This document shows, in pieces, positions 9,271 through 18,347 of a DNA stretch of 64,000 nucleotides; positions within the stretch are counted from its first letter, which is position 1, and every line of letters begins with the position of its first letter. The notes beneath the pieces were generated by a model. That model saw nothing but the letters and a program-made list of their open reading frames with translations. It made no database searches and was not told the origin of the DNA. The translations under genes were made by a program, and so were the position numbers. Source of the stretch: an uncultured Candidatus Saccharibacteria bacterium (GTDB lineage Bacteria; Patescibacteriota; UBA1384; JAMDBS01; DAOVQR01); the NCBI GenBank assembly GCA_964481135.1, contig CAYZSW010000005.1, positions 28,126 to 92,125 of the forward strand. The letters are read 5' to 3'.

Positions 9271-9771
9271 ATGTATAAAAGCAAACCAAATCAAAAAAAA
9301 TCAGAATTCGATGAAAAAGTTATATGCATCGATAGAGTATGTAGAACTGTTAAGGGTGGTCGGCGAATGAGTTTTCGAGCACTTGTTGCTATTGGCAATA
9401 GAAAAGATAAGGTCGGTATTGGTACAGGCAAAGCAAAAGAAGTTTTAACTGCAGTCAATAAAGCAGTTGCAAAAGCAAAAAAGAAAATGATAACCGTTAA
9501 CTCTCAAAATGGGACCATACCTCATGAGATAATTATCGACTATGGAAGTTCTAAATTATTTATGAAACCAGCAAGCTCAGGAACTTCACTAATTGCTGGT
9601 GGCTCTGTTAGAACTATTTTGGAGTTAGCAGGAATAAAAAATATCTTAACAAAGATTATTGGTAGTTCCAGTAAAATTAATAATGCTAAAGCTACAATAA
9701 TTGCTTTAAAGCTTCTAAACAATCGAAGCAAGGAAACAGTCGTAGCAAAAAAAGATATTAAAGAAGAATAA
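9271..9771 (+). CDS. rpsE: 30S ribosomal protein S5
   Basis: RVCRTVKGGRRMSFRALVAIGN... uS5. Confidence 0.92.
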   Translation: MYKSKPNQKKSEFDEKVICIDRVCRTVKGGRRMSFRALVAIGNRKDKVGIGTGKAKEVLTAVNKAVAKAKKKMITVNSQNGTIPHEIIIDYGSSKLFMKPASSGTSLIAGGSVRTILELAGIKNILTKIIGSSSKINNAKATIIALKLLNNRSKETVVAKKDIKEE

Positions 9772-9789
9772 TATATTACGGGAAAATTT

Positions 9790-10209
9790 ATGAAATTAAA
9801 TCAACTTACTTCAGTTAATAAATCAAAAAAAAGAATTGGAAGAGGTAATTCAGGTAAATGTGGAACTACAGCTGGTCGAGGTATGAAAGGTCAAAAATCA
9901 AGATCAGGCTTTAATATTCCTAAAAGATTTGAAGGTGGACAAACATCACTTATTCAAAGATTGCCCAAAAAAGGTGGTTTTAAAAGTTTAAATAAAAAAC
10001 CACAAATAGTTAAAATTTCATTGCTTGAGAAAAAATTTAACGATAACGACAAAATAAGTCCTGAAACCTTATTTGCAAAGAAAATTATTTCTTCAAAAAA
10101 GACACAGGTCAAAATTTTGTTTGATAAAAAAATATCAAAGAAATTTGTTTTAAAAAAATGTAAGGTATCTAGTAAGGCCAAAGAATATTTTAAATTATCT
10201 GTAAAATAA
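9790..10209 (+). CDS. rplO: 50S ribosomal protein L15
   Basis: KKRIGRGNSGKCGTTAGRGMKGQKSRSG uL15; follows rpsE directly (no L30 gene). Confidence 0.9.
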   Translation: MKLNQLTSVNKSKKRIGRGNSGKCGTTAGRGMKGQKSRSGFNIPKRFEGGQTSLIQRLPKKGGFKSLNKKPQIVKISLLEKKFNDNDKISPETLFAKKIISSKKTQVKILFDKKISKKFVLKKCKVSSKAKEYFKLSVK

Positions 10210-10212
10210 TTT

Positions 10213-11481
10213 ATGTTTGACTCAATTAAAAAAATTTTTTCTTCCAAAGAACTAACTAAAAAAATCATATTTGTGGTATCTATTTTAATTATATTTAGGA
10301 TTTTATCGCATATACCAATGCCAGGTGTAGATATTGTTTCACTGAAAGATTTTTTCGATAAAAATCAGGCATTTGGGTTACTAAACATGTTCACCGGTGG
10401 CGCAATGCGTAATTTCTCAATTGTTATGTTGGGTGTTGGTCCATATATTACTGCATCGATTATTTTTCAATTACTACAAATGATAGTGCCATCTTTAGAA
10501 GCTTTATCAAAAGAAGGAGAGCAAGGAAGAGAAAAAATCAATCACTATACTAGAATTGCAACCGTGCCATTGGCTTTTTTACAATCATATGCCATGATTG
10601 CACTTCTTAGAAATCAAGGGATTGTTATTGAAGGAAATACATTCGACCTAATTACAAATTTATGTAGTTTAACAGCAGGTACCATGCTGCTAACCTGGAT
10701 GGGTGAGTTAATTTCAGAAAAAGGTATTGGTAACGGAGTTTCTTTAATAATTGCTTTAGGAATTATTTCTGGCTTTCCAATGCAACTGGCGCAAACTATT
10801 GCGGTTGCAGATTCTACAAGAATAATTGGTTTAGTAATATTTGGTGTATTAGGATTGTTAGTAACAGCATCTATTGTTTTTATAAACGAAGGCGAACGAC
10901 AAGTTCCAATAACTTATGCTAGAAGAGTGAGGGGCAATAAAAGTTATGGTGGAGTTGATACATACCTACCAATAAGAGTTACTCTTGCTGGAGTTATACC
11001 AATTATATTTGCTCTTTCAGTTATGGTTATACCTTCCGTATTAGCTAAATTTTTAGAACAAGCAAAATCTGGCTGGCTAGTAAACTTTGGTTCATGGCTA
11101 AATACAACTTTTTCAAACGATGTTTATTATAGTATTATCTATTTTTTCTTAGTTATTGCATTTACATTTTTTTATACTTCTGTTGTTTTTCAGCCCAATC
11201 AGATTGCTGAGAATCTGCAGAAAAGAGGCGGTTTTATCCCCGGGATAAGACCTGGCAAAGAAACATCAGATTACTTAGTTGATGTTTTATTTAAAGTTAC
11301 ATTTGTTGGAGCTTTGTTTCTAGCTGTAATTGCGGTATTACCTTATATCGTTCAAGCAATGACTAATTTAAAAACTCTGGCAGTTGGTGGAACAGGAATT
11401 TTGATTGTAATTTCAGTAATACTTGAAACTAAAAGACAAATTGAAGCACAGTTAATAATGCATAAATACGATAATTATTAA
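10213..11481 (+). CDS. secY: preprotein translocase subunit SecY
   Basis: 10 TM protein; ...RILSHIPMPGVD...GGAMRNFSIVMLGVGPYITASIIFQLL SecY signatures. Confidence 0.93.
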   Translation: MFDSIKKIFSSKELTKKIIFVVSILIIFRILSHIPMPGVDIVSLKDFFDKNQAFGLLNMFTGGAMRNFSIVMLGVGPYITASIIFQLLQMIVPSLEALSKEGEQGREKINHYTRIATVPLAFLQSYAMIALLRNQGIVIEGNTFDLITNLCSLTAGTMLLTWMGELISEKGIGNGVSLIIALGIISGFPMQLAQTIAVADSTRIIGLVIFGVLGLLVTASIVFINEGERQVPITYARRVRGNKSYGGVDTYLPIRVTLAGVIPIIFALSVMVIPSVLAKFLEQAKSGWLVNFGSWLNTTFSNDVYYSIIYFFLVIAFTFFYTSVVFQPNQIAENLQKRGGFIPGIRPGKETSDYLVDVLFKVTFVGALFLAVIAVLPYIVQAMTNLKTLAVGGTGILIVISVILETKRQIEAQLIMHKYDNY

Positions 11482-11490
11482 AGGAGGAAT

Positions 11491-12507
11491 ATGAAAAACA
11501 AAAGCAATAAAATAATTTACAGTATTATAATTTTAGTAATTGTGGTTTTTGCGAGTGTATGGTATGTGATTGGTAGAAATCAAAACAATGAAAACGATTT
11601 AAATCAAGAAGAGCCAGAGCAATTCAATCAGGAAGATATTAAAGATTTGCAATTAGAAGGGGCAATTTATACTGCAAAAACTAGTCAGAACGAAACGATT
11701 ATTCATAAATTTAACTTAGATACTAGTGAGGAAAAAGTCGTGTTTTCTGATCAAAAAGAAAAAGAAAAAATAAAATCATTAGCTGGAATAATTAATGATA
11801 AATATATTTTGGCTCAATTTATGGTTACAGGTCAGGAATTTATAGGATCATTGTACAAAGTTTCCTTAGATGCTTCAGCTAAAAAGGAAGAAATTGCTCA
11901 AGATTTTGCAAGTTCCCAACCACCAAAAGCTTCACCAGACGGTAAGAAAATTGCTTATACTATGTTTAGTAATGCTGAGTTTGATTTCGGATTTAAATTA
12001 ATTATTGCAAATATTGACAATACTTCTATGACTGAAATTGACTCAGATAAATCAAATATCACTATTTATTCTTGGGATCCTAATAGTAAAAAAATTTGTT
12101 ATAAAAAAGGTAACGACGAAGATTCTACAAAATTATATTATGCAGATGTTTCTTCTGGAAAAATCTCAAATTTAGCAGAAATAAAAGGTAGGGTTCATGA
12201 TTTGTTCTGGGGAAATGAAGATTTATTTGTTTCAAGTATTCAAGAAAAAGGTAAATCACTTAATCAAACAGAATTATTTAAATTTTCCTTGAATAATATC
12301 AAATTAGATCAAATTACAAAAAATGATAAATTTGAATCATCTGTTGTAGTATCCCCGGATTTAAAGGGAATTAGTTATTTTTCAACTACATTTGAGGGAG
12401 AAGAGAAAACAGCCATGAAAGACGGAGAAATTTTTATATCTCAAATTTCTGGAGAGAATGTAAAAAAAATTAATGATGGGAATATTGTTTTAGGTTGGAT
12501 GCAATAA
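11491..12507 (+). CDS. membrane-anchored PD40/TolB-like beta-propeller repeat protein (hypothetical)
   Basis: N-terminal TM helix; repeated SPDGKKIAY / WDPNSKKICY / SPDLKGISY PD40-like motifs; lies between secY and adk. Confidence 0.6.
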   Translation: MKNKSNKIIYSIIILVIVVFASVWYVIGRNQNNENDLNQEEPEQFNQEDIKDLQLEGAIYTAKTSQNETIIHKFNLDTSEEKVVFSDQKEKEKIKSLAGIINDKYILAQFMVTGQEFIGSLYKVSLDASAKKEEIAQDFASSQPPKASPDGKKIAYTMFSNAEFDFGFKLIIANIDNTSMTEIDSDKSNITIYSWDPNSKKICYKKGNDEDSTKLYYADVSSGKISNLAEIKGRVHDLFWGNEDLFVSSIQEKGKSLNQTELFKFSLNNIKLDQITKNDKFESSVVVSPDLKGISYFSTTFEGEEKTAMKDGEIFISQISGENVKKINDGNIVLGWMQ

Positions 12508-13187
12508 TGAAATTATTAGAAAAACCAGTATGTATAGTAATATATGGCCCACAAGCTTCTGGAAAAGGAACTCAAGCAGAAAATATTGTTCGTGCTGTTA
12601 ATTTAAAATTAATTACAACTGGTAATCTTTTGCGCAATGAGCAAAAAAAGAAGACAGCACTGGCTAAAAAAATTCATCTTAGTATGCAAAAAGGTGAGTT
12701 AGTTGATGATAAAACTATTGCAACTTTACTTAATAATGAGTTATCTAAAAATGAAAATACAAATGGAGTATTAATTGATTGTTTCCCCAGAAATAAAGCT
12801 CAAATCATATATTTTAAAGATATTTTAAAAAAGTATAATTTTAAAAAGGTAATTGCAATATTTTTAAAAATTAATCAACAAACAGCAGTTAGTCGGATCA
12901 TTAATCGCAAAATTTGTACAAATTGTCAAACTCCTTATGGGCCAATGCATAAAGATTATAAAAAAAATATCTGCTCAAAATGTAAAGGCAAATTAACTAA
13001 AAGATCTGACGATACGCCCGAGGCGTTAAAAAAAAGATTAGAGGCATATTACAATGAAACACTGCCCGCAATAGAGTATTTTAAGAAAAACTACCTGTTA
13101 TTAGAAATAGATGGGGAACCAAACATAGATACGGTGTCAAAAACAGTTTTTGAACAATTAATTGTTAAAGGTGTTATTAAGAAATGA
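12507..13187 (+). CDS. adk: adenylate kinase (zinc-lid type)
   Basis: IVIYGPQASGKGTQAE P-loop; CTNCQ...CSKCKGKL zinc lid; start ATG 12507 overlapping TAATG (ORF-track TTG 12495 alternative). Confidence 0.88.
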   Translation: MKLLEKPVCIVIYGPQASGKGTQAENIVRAVNLKLITTGNLLRNEQKKKTALAKKIHLSMQKGELVDDKTIATLLNNELSKNENTNGVLIDCFPRNKAQIIYFKDILKKYNFKKVIAIFLKINQQTAVSRIINRKICTNCQTPYGPMHKDYKKNICSKCKGKLTKRSDDTPEALKKRLEAYYNETLPAIEYFKKNYLLLEIDGEPNIDTVSKTVFEQLIVKGVIKK

Positions 13188-13927
13188 ACATTAAGAGCAA
13201 AAAAGAAATTGATTTAATGAGACACTCAGGAAAAATTTTAAGTAAAACTTTAAATCAATTAAAAAAAGAAATTAAACCAGGTGTCTGTGCAAAATATTTA
13301 GACGATTTGGCAGAAAAGATTATTGCCAGCAGTAACGCAAAACCTGCTTTTAAAGGTTTTAATGGTTATAAATATACAATTTGTGCGTCTTTAAATAATG
13401 AAGTTGTTCACGGTTTACCTCTAAAAAATAAATTCATTAAAAAAAACGATATAGTAAGTATTGATTGTGGAGTAAATTTCAATGGGTATCATACTGATGC
13501 GGCTTTTACGCTAGCGGTCGGCGAGGCAAATGAAAAAACAAACTTATTAATTGAAACAACAAAACAATCCTTACACAATGCAATTAAAATAATTAAACAC
13601 AAAATTCCATTAATCAAAGTTCAAAAAATTGTTCAAAACACAATTGAAAAACCAGGTTTTTCAGTGATAAGATCGCTTTCCGGTCACGGAATAGGTAAAA
13701 GATTACATGAACCACCATCAATATTTAATTTTGTCGGTAAAAATTCGGATATTATTTTACAAAAAGGTATGACTTTTTGTTTAGAACCAATGAGTTCTAT
13801 GGGTAGGTTTGATGTACAAACCAAAGAAGATGGCTGGACTATTGTTACTTCAGATAATAGTCTTTCAGCACACTTTGAGCATACCATTTTGGTTACAGAA
13901 AATGGTTTTGAAATCTTAACACAATGA
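13184..13927 (+). CDS. map: type I methionine aminopeptidase
   Basis: VVHGLP...DCGVNFNGYHTDAAFT...HGIGKRLHEPP...FEHTILVTENGFEIL. Confidence 0.9.
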   Translation: MNIKSKKEIDLMRHSGKILSKTLNQLKKEIKPGVCAKYLDDLAEKIIASSNAKPAFKGFNGYKYTICASLNNEVVHGLPLKNKFIKKNDIVSIDCGVNFNGYHTDAAFTLAVGEANEKTNLLIETTKQSLHNAIKIIKHKIPLIKVQKIVQNTIEKPGFSVIRSLSGHGIGKRLHEPPSIFNFVGKNSDIILQKGMTFCLEPMSSMGRFDVQTKEDGWTIVTSDNSLSAHFEHTILVTENGFEILTQ

Positions 13928-13960
13928 TAAAAAATAATTTTTTAGTGTATTTCATAGGTA

Positions 13961-13989
13961 TTGACCAAAATATATATTTATGATAATAT
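13961..13989 (+). promoter_or_regulatory. sigma70-like promoter upstream of infA (TTGACC-N17-TGaTAATAT)
   Basis: -35 TTGACC 13961-66, 17-nt spacer, extended -10 TGaTAATAT. Confidence 0.45.
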
Positions 13990-14017
13990 AACTAAGAATA
14001 GATAAGGTTTATTGTAA

Positions 14018-14230
14018 ATGACAAAACAAGTTATAGAGCAAGAAGGTATTGTAACTGAAGCTTTGCCTTCAGCTATGTTTAAAGTTAGTTTAGATTCAGG
14101 GCAAGAAATAATTGCCCATATTTCAGGCAAAATAAGACTTAATTACATAAAAATTATTCCAGGAGACAAGGTTAGGGTGGAAATTACTCCTTACGATTTG
14201 TCAAAGGGAAGGATTACTAGAAGGCTTTAG
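14018..14230 (+). CDS. infA: translation initiation factor IF-1
   Basis: [69 protein letters not shown]. Confidence 0.93.
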   Translation: MTKQVIEQEGIVTEALPSAMFKVSLDSGQEIIAHISGKIRLNYIKIIPGDKVRVEITPYDLSKGRITRRL

Positions 14231-14239
14231 GTTATAAAA

Positions 14240-14384
14240 TATGAAAGTTAGATCATCTGTTAAGAAAATTTGTAAAGATTGTCAAATTATAACAAGACGC
14301 AAATCAGGCAAATCTGGTAAGTCAAAAAAACCAGTCAAATTTGTAATTTGCAAAAATCCAAAACATAAACAAAGACAAGGATAA
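14240..14384 (+). pseudogene. rpmJ: 50S ribosomal protein L36 with apparent +1 frameshift (extra G near 14280)
   Basis: Frame A: [13 protein letters not shown] then stops after 13 more codons; frame B continues [33 protein letters not shown] (classic bL36 C-terminus); join at gattGGtcaa. Confidence 0.6.
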
Positions 14385-14392
14385 AGGAATTT

Positions 14393-14776
14393 ATGGCTAG
14401 ATTACTTGGGGTAAATATCCCAGACAATAAAAATATTCAATACTCACTTACTTACATTTATGGTATTGGTCCTTCTACTGCAAAAAAGATATTAAATCAA
14501 TGCAATATTGATATATTCACTAAAACAAAAGACATAAAAACTACCGAGCTTGATAGAATCAAAGAAGTAATTGAAAAAAATTTTAAGACCGAAGGTGATC
14601 TTAAGATGGAAGTAAATCAGAATATTAAGAGATTGAAAGAAATAAGTTGCTATAGAGGTACACGACACATGAAAGGTCTGCCCGCAAGAGGACAAAGAAC
14701 AAAAACAAATGCAAGGACAAAAAGAGGAAAAAGAGTTTGTGTCGGTAGTGGTCGTAGAAAAGTAGAAAAAACATAA
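14393..14776 (+). CDS. rpsM: 30S ribosomal protein S13
   Basis: MARLLGVNIPDNKNIQYSLTYIYGIG uS13. Confidence 0.93.
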   Translation: MARLLGVNIPDNKNIQYSLTYIYGIGPSTAKKILNQCNIDIFTKTKDIKTTELDRIKEVIEKNFKTEGDLKMEVNQNIKRLKEISCYRGTRHMKGLPARGQRTKTNARTKRGKRVCVGSGRRKVEKT

Positions 14777-14792
14777 AATAATGGAGTAATTA

Positions 14793-15179
14793 ATGGCAAT
14801 AAAAACTGTTAAGAAAAAAGTTCGAAAAGAGGTTGTGAGTGGTAGAATTTATGTACAATCAACTTTCAACAACACAATTATTACAATTACCGACTCAACA
14901 GGCAATTCATTGGTTGCAGTTTCAGCTGGCAGTTTAGGTTTTAAAGGAGCAAGAAAAACAACACCATACGCTGCTCAAATGATAATGCAAAGTGCGGTTG
15001 ATAAAGTAAAAAATTTATATGGCTTTAAACAGGCGGAAGTTTTTGTCTCAGGGGTTGGTAACGGAAGAGAAGCAGCAATAAAAGCACTTAATAATTCACA
15101 AATAACAATTACAAATATCGAAGATAAAACTCCTGTGCCACACAATGGCTGCAGAGCTAAAAAATTAAGAAGAGTATAA
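14793..15179 (+). CDS. rpsK: 30S ribosomal protein S11
   Basis: GRIYVQSTFNNTIITITDSTGN...TPYAAQ uS11. Confidence 0.93.
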   Translation: MAIKTVKKKVRKEVVSGRIYVQSTFNNTIITITDSTGNSLVAVSAGSLGFKGARKTTPYAAQMIMQSAVDKVKNLYGFKQAEVFVSGVGNGREAAIKALNNSQITITNIEDKTPVPHNGCRAKKLRRV

Positions 15180-15182
15180 ATT

Positions 15183-15776
15183 ATGAATAATATTCAAAGT
15201 GTATGTAGAATTTGTAGAAAATATAAAACAAAACTTTTTTTAAAGGGTGATCGTTGTAATACACCAAAATGTGCTTTGACAAAAAGACCATATGGTCCTG
15301 GTATTCATGGCCAATCCCGACACAGAATGACAGAATATGCAATCCAGTTAGCAGAAAAACAAAAAGCTAAGGCAATTTATTCAATAAGAGAAAAACAATT
15401 TAAAAATTATTATTTGATGTCGGTTAAATCAAAAAGCAATACTTCAGAAGAATTATTGCGTCAATTAGAATTAAGATTCGATAGTATTGTTTATCGTTTA
15501 GGTTTTGCTTCTTCAAGATTAGAAGCACGACAAATGATAAGACATAATAAATTTTTAATTAACAACAAAAAAACAAATATTCCATCATACACTTTAAAAG
15601 CGAAAGATATTATTAAGCCAAAAAACAGTAAAATAAAACTTGTAAAAACAGAAATACCTGTTTGGCTTAGTTTTGATAAAAAACAAATGACAGGCGAGGT
15701 TATTAAACTTCCCGAAAGAAAAGAAATGCCAATTGATTTTTCAGATCAGTTAATTGTTGAATTTTATAGCAGATAA
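15183..15776 (+). CDS. rpsD: 30S ribosomal protein S4
   Basis: CRICRKYKTKLFLKGDRCNTPKCA zinc-type uS4 N-terminus; S4 domain. Confidence 0.92.
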   Translation: MNNIQSVCRICRKYKTKLFLKGDRCNTPKCALTKRPYGPGIHGQSRHRMTEYAIQLAEKQKAKAIYSIREKQFKNYYLMSVKSKSNTSEELLRQLELRFDSIVYRLGFASSRLEARQMIRHNKFLINNKKTNIPSYTLKAKDIIKPKNSKIKLVKTEIPVWLSFDKKQMTGEVIKLPERKEMPIDFSDQLIVEFYSR

Positions 15777-15813
15777 TTATAAATAATTAATTAAATACAA
15801 ATAAGGATATAAT

Positions 15814-16608
15814 ATGTTTACATTGCCGGGCACAGAATTAGTAAATATTAAAAAAATTAACGAAAAAGAAAATACCTCGACATTTATTATTGAACCATTG
15901 CTTCCAGGTTATGGTATGACTATTGGTAATTCTTTAAGAAGAGTGTTGCTTTCATCTTTACCTGGATCTGCAATTACATGGGTAAAAATCGCAGGAACAA
16001 CACACGAATTTTCTTCGATACCGGGCGTAAAAGAAGATATTGTTGATATAATTTTGAACTTAAAGGGTTTAAAAGTAAAATTACTTTCAGAAGAAGAAGC
16101 AGTGCTTAAACTTAACGCTAAAGGACCTGGCGTAGTGACAGCAAAAGATTTTTCAAAAAATGCACAAGTAGAGATACCAGATTCAAAATATCATATTGCT
16201 ACATTGGACAAAAATGGTAAACTAAATATTGAAGCAACAATTAAAAATGGCAGAGGTTATGTAACTGTAGAACAAAGAAAAGATGAAAAATTACCACTTG
16301 GGACTATTGCAATAGACAGTATTTTTACTCCAATCAAAAAAGTACATTATGAAGTTGATAACACTCGTGTTGGTGGAATGACTAACTACGATAAATTAAC
16401 TATCAACTTAACGACCGACGGTACAATAAATCCGGATCAAGCTATGCACACAGCAGCAAAAATTCTTACAGAGCATTTTGATATAGTTAAAGCTGTTTTT
16501 ACTGATAAAAAAGCTACCCCAAACACTACTAAAAAAACTAAAGTCAAAAAAGAAACTAGTGCTAAAAAAAGTACTGCCAAAAAAACTAAGAAAGTAAAAA
16601 ATGATTAA
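15814..16608 (+). CDS. rpoA: DNA-directed RNA polymerase alpha subunit, N-terminal domain only with Lys-rich tail
   Basis: alpha-NTD motifs (EPLLPGYGMTIGNSLRRVLLSSLPGSAITWVKI); 264 aa, ends KKTKVKKETSAKKSTAKKTKKVKND; no alpha-CTD. Confidence 0.85.
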   Translation: MFTLPGTELVNIKKINEKENTSTFIIEPLLPGYGMTIGNSLRRVLLSSLPGSAITWVKIAGTTHEFSSIPGVKEDIVDIILNLKGLKVKLLSEEEAVLKLNAKGPGVVTAKDFSKNAQVEIPDSKYHIATLDKNGKLNIEATIKNGRGYVTVEQRKDEKLPLGTIAIDSIFTPIKKVHYEVDNTRVGGMTNYDKLTINLTTDGTINPDQAMHTAAKILTEHFDIVKAVFTDKKATPNTTKKTKVKKETSAKKSTAKKTKKVKND

Positions 16609-17038
16609 AAGAAAGTTAAGTAAAAAAACTAAATATAGAAACATGATGTTACGAAATATGGCAACATCGCTTATATTATACGAACGGATTATTACTACAT
16701 CACCAAAAGCCAAGGAATTAAGAGGTGTTGTTGATAAGGTAATAAATATTGGCAAAAAAAACACACTTGAATCTAGAAGAAAATTATTAGGATACTTAAC
16801 AGACAAAAATGCGGTTAAAAAGATTTTTGAAATATTGGTTCCAAGATATAATGATAGAAATTCTGGATATACACGAATATTTAAAATTTCACCCAGAGTA
16901 GGTGATTCTGCTTCTAGATCAATTATTCAGTTAATTGGTTATAAATCAATTAAAGAAGAAAAAGAGAAAACAAAAGTTACAACTAAAGTAAAATCTAATG
17001 AAGTTGAAAATAAAAACAAAGAGGAAAAGAATGCATAA
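16601..17038 (+). CDS. rplQ: 50S ribosomal protein L17
   Basis: KLSKKTKYRNMMLRNMATSLILYERIITTSPKAKELRGVVDKVI bL17. Confidence 0.9.
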   Translation: MIKRKLSKKTKYRNMMLRNMATSLILYERIITTSPKAKELRGVVDKVINIGKKNTLESRRKLLGYLTDKNAVKKIFEILVPRYNDRNSGYTRIFKISPRVGDSASRSIIQLIGYKSIKEEKEKTKVTTKVKSNEVENKNKEEKNA

Positions 17039-17426
17039 AACTACACTTTACAACAAAGAAATTAAAGAAAATACAACAAAAATTGACGCGAAAAATAAGG
17101 TTTTAGGCAAGCTAGCTGTGCAGGTTGCGGATATTCTGAGAGGCAAGAACCGTGCAGATTTCAGTTATCACCAAATCCCACTGAATAAAGTTATTGTTTA
17201 TAATGTTAAACATATTGCAATAAGTGGAACAAAGTTACACGATAAAAAATACTATCATCATACCGGGTATTTGGGAAATTTAAAAACAGAAGTTTTGGGT
17301 GATTTGATGCAAAAAAATCCTGAAAAAGTTTTTATTCATGCTGTTTCCGGCATGCTTCCAAAAAATCGCTTGCAAGCAAAATTTCTGGCTAATTTAAAGG
17401 TTTATAAAGAAGATATTAAGGATTAA
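17031..17426 (+). CDS. rplM: 50S ribosomal protein L13
   Basis: [10 protein letters not shown]...[25 protein letters not shown] uL13; start ATG 17031 after GAGGAAAAG. Confidence 0.9.
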   Translation: MHKTTLYNKEIKENTTKIDAKNKVLGKLAVQVADILRGKNRADFSYHQIPLNKVIVYNVKHIAISGTKLHDKKYYHHTGYLGNLKTEVLGDLMQKNPEKVFIHAVSGMLPKNRLQAKFLANLKVYKEDIKD

Positions 17427-17428
17427 TA

Positions 17429-17836
17429 ATGCAAAAAAAACAAGACAAAACAGAATTTAAGCCAAAAGGTAAATATTTTCAAGCAATTGGCAGAAGAAAA
17501 AGATCTACTGCACTAGTTCGTTTATATAGTGGTAAGGGTACCATTTATATTAATAGTAAACAAATCGAAAAACCACAAGAAATTTATTTGAAACCTCTTA
17601 AGGATACAAATAATTTAACTAAATTTGATATTTCAATAATTGTAAAAGGTGGTGGTAGAATTGGTCAAATAGAGGCAATTCGTTTAGGTATTTCAAGAGC
17701 TTTGCTTAAGTACAATGATCAATTAAAACAAACACTTAAAAAAGAAGGTTATTTAACTCGAGATCCTCGCGAAAAAGAAAGAAAGAAACCAGGTTTAAAA
17801 AGAGCCAGAAAAGCTCCTCAGTGGCAAAAAAGATAA
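17429..17836 (+). CDS. rpsI: 30S ribosomal protein S9
   Basis: ...[20 protein letters not shown]...RKAPQWQKR uS9 C-terminus. Confidence 0.92.
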   Translation: MQKKQDKTEFKPKGKYFQAIGRRKRSTALVRLYSGKGTIYINSKQIEKPQEIYLKPLKDTNNLTKFDISIIVKGGGRIGQIEAIRLGISRALLKYNDQLKQTLKKEGYLTRDPREKERKKPGLKRARKAPQWQKR

Positions 17837-17865
17837 TTTGTTTTTAATAGTTCCTTATATATTGT

Positions 17866-17900
17866 TTAAAAAACCTTCTGGAAATTCCAGAAGGTTTTTT
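17866..17900 (+). terminator. rho-independent terminator after rpsI
   Basis: ccttctgg-aaatt-ccagaagg stem-loop followed by TTTTTT. Confidence 0.7.
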
Positions 17901-17943
17901 GATATAATAGATTTATTGCTAATTAAAATATAAAAGGAAAAAT

Positions 17944-18309
17944 ATGAGTATATCAGAAATCCAAAAAAGAATTAAAATAATCGAAGACTATAAAGAGGAA
18001 AATAAAAAATCTTTAGAAATGATTAAATCAACTTTGGAAAATGATTCAAAATATTCCGAAGTTTTAGAAACAGCAAAAGAAGCCAATAAATTAAAAAAAG
18101 AAATTAAAGATAAGATTATGGGTGAGCCCAATATGGAAGAGTTGTATTGGAAAATTAAAGAAAATCGTGAAGAAATAAAAATTAACAATCAAATTTTAGC
18201 TCAGCAATTATCACAATATTTAAATACGACTAAAACTAATCAAATTGAAGATTCAGAGGGGCAACTTAGGACATTTGAAATTTCTGTTAAATTAAGCAAA
18301 AAAAACTAA
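17944..18309 (+). CDS. hypothetical coiled-coil protein (121 aa)
   Basis: ORF with GGAAAAA SD-like upstream; Lys/Glu-rich helical protein, no recognisable motif. Confidence 0.5.
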   Translation: MSISEIQKRIKIIEDYKEENKKSLEMIKSTLENDSKYSEVLETAKEANKLKKEIKDKIMGEPNMEELYWKIKENREEIKINNQILAQQLSQYLNTTKTNQIEDSEGQLRTFEISVKLSKKN

Positions 18310-18347
18310 ACATTGACATATTTTATTTATGTTCGTATTATTAATTT

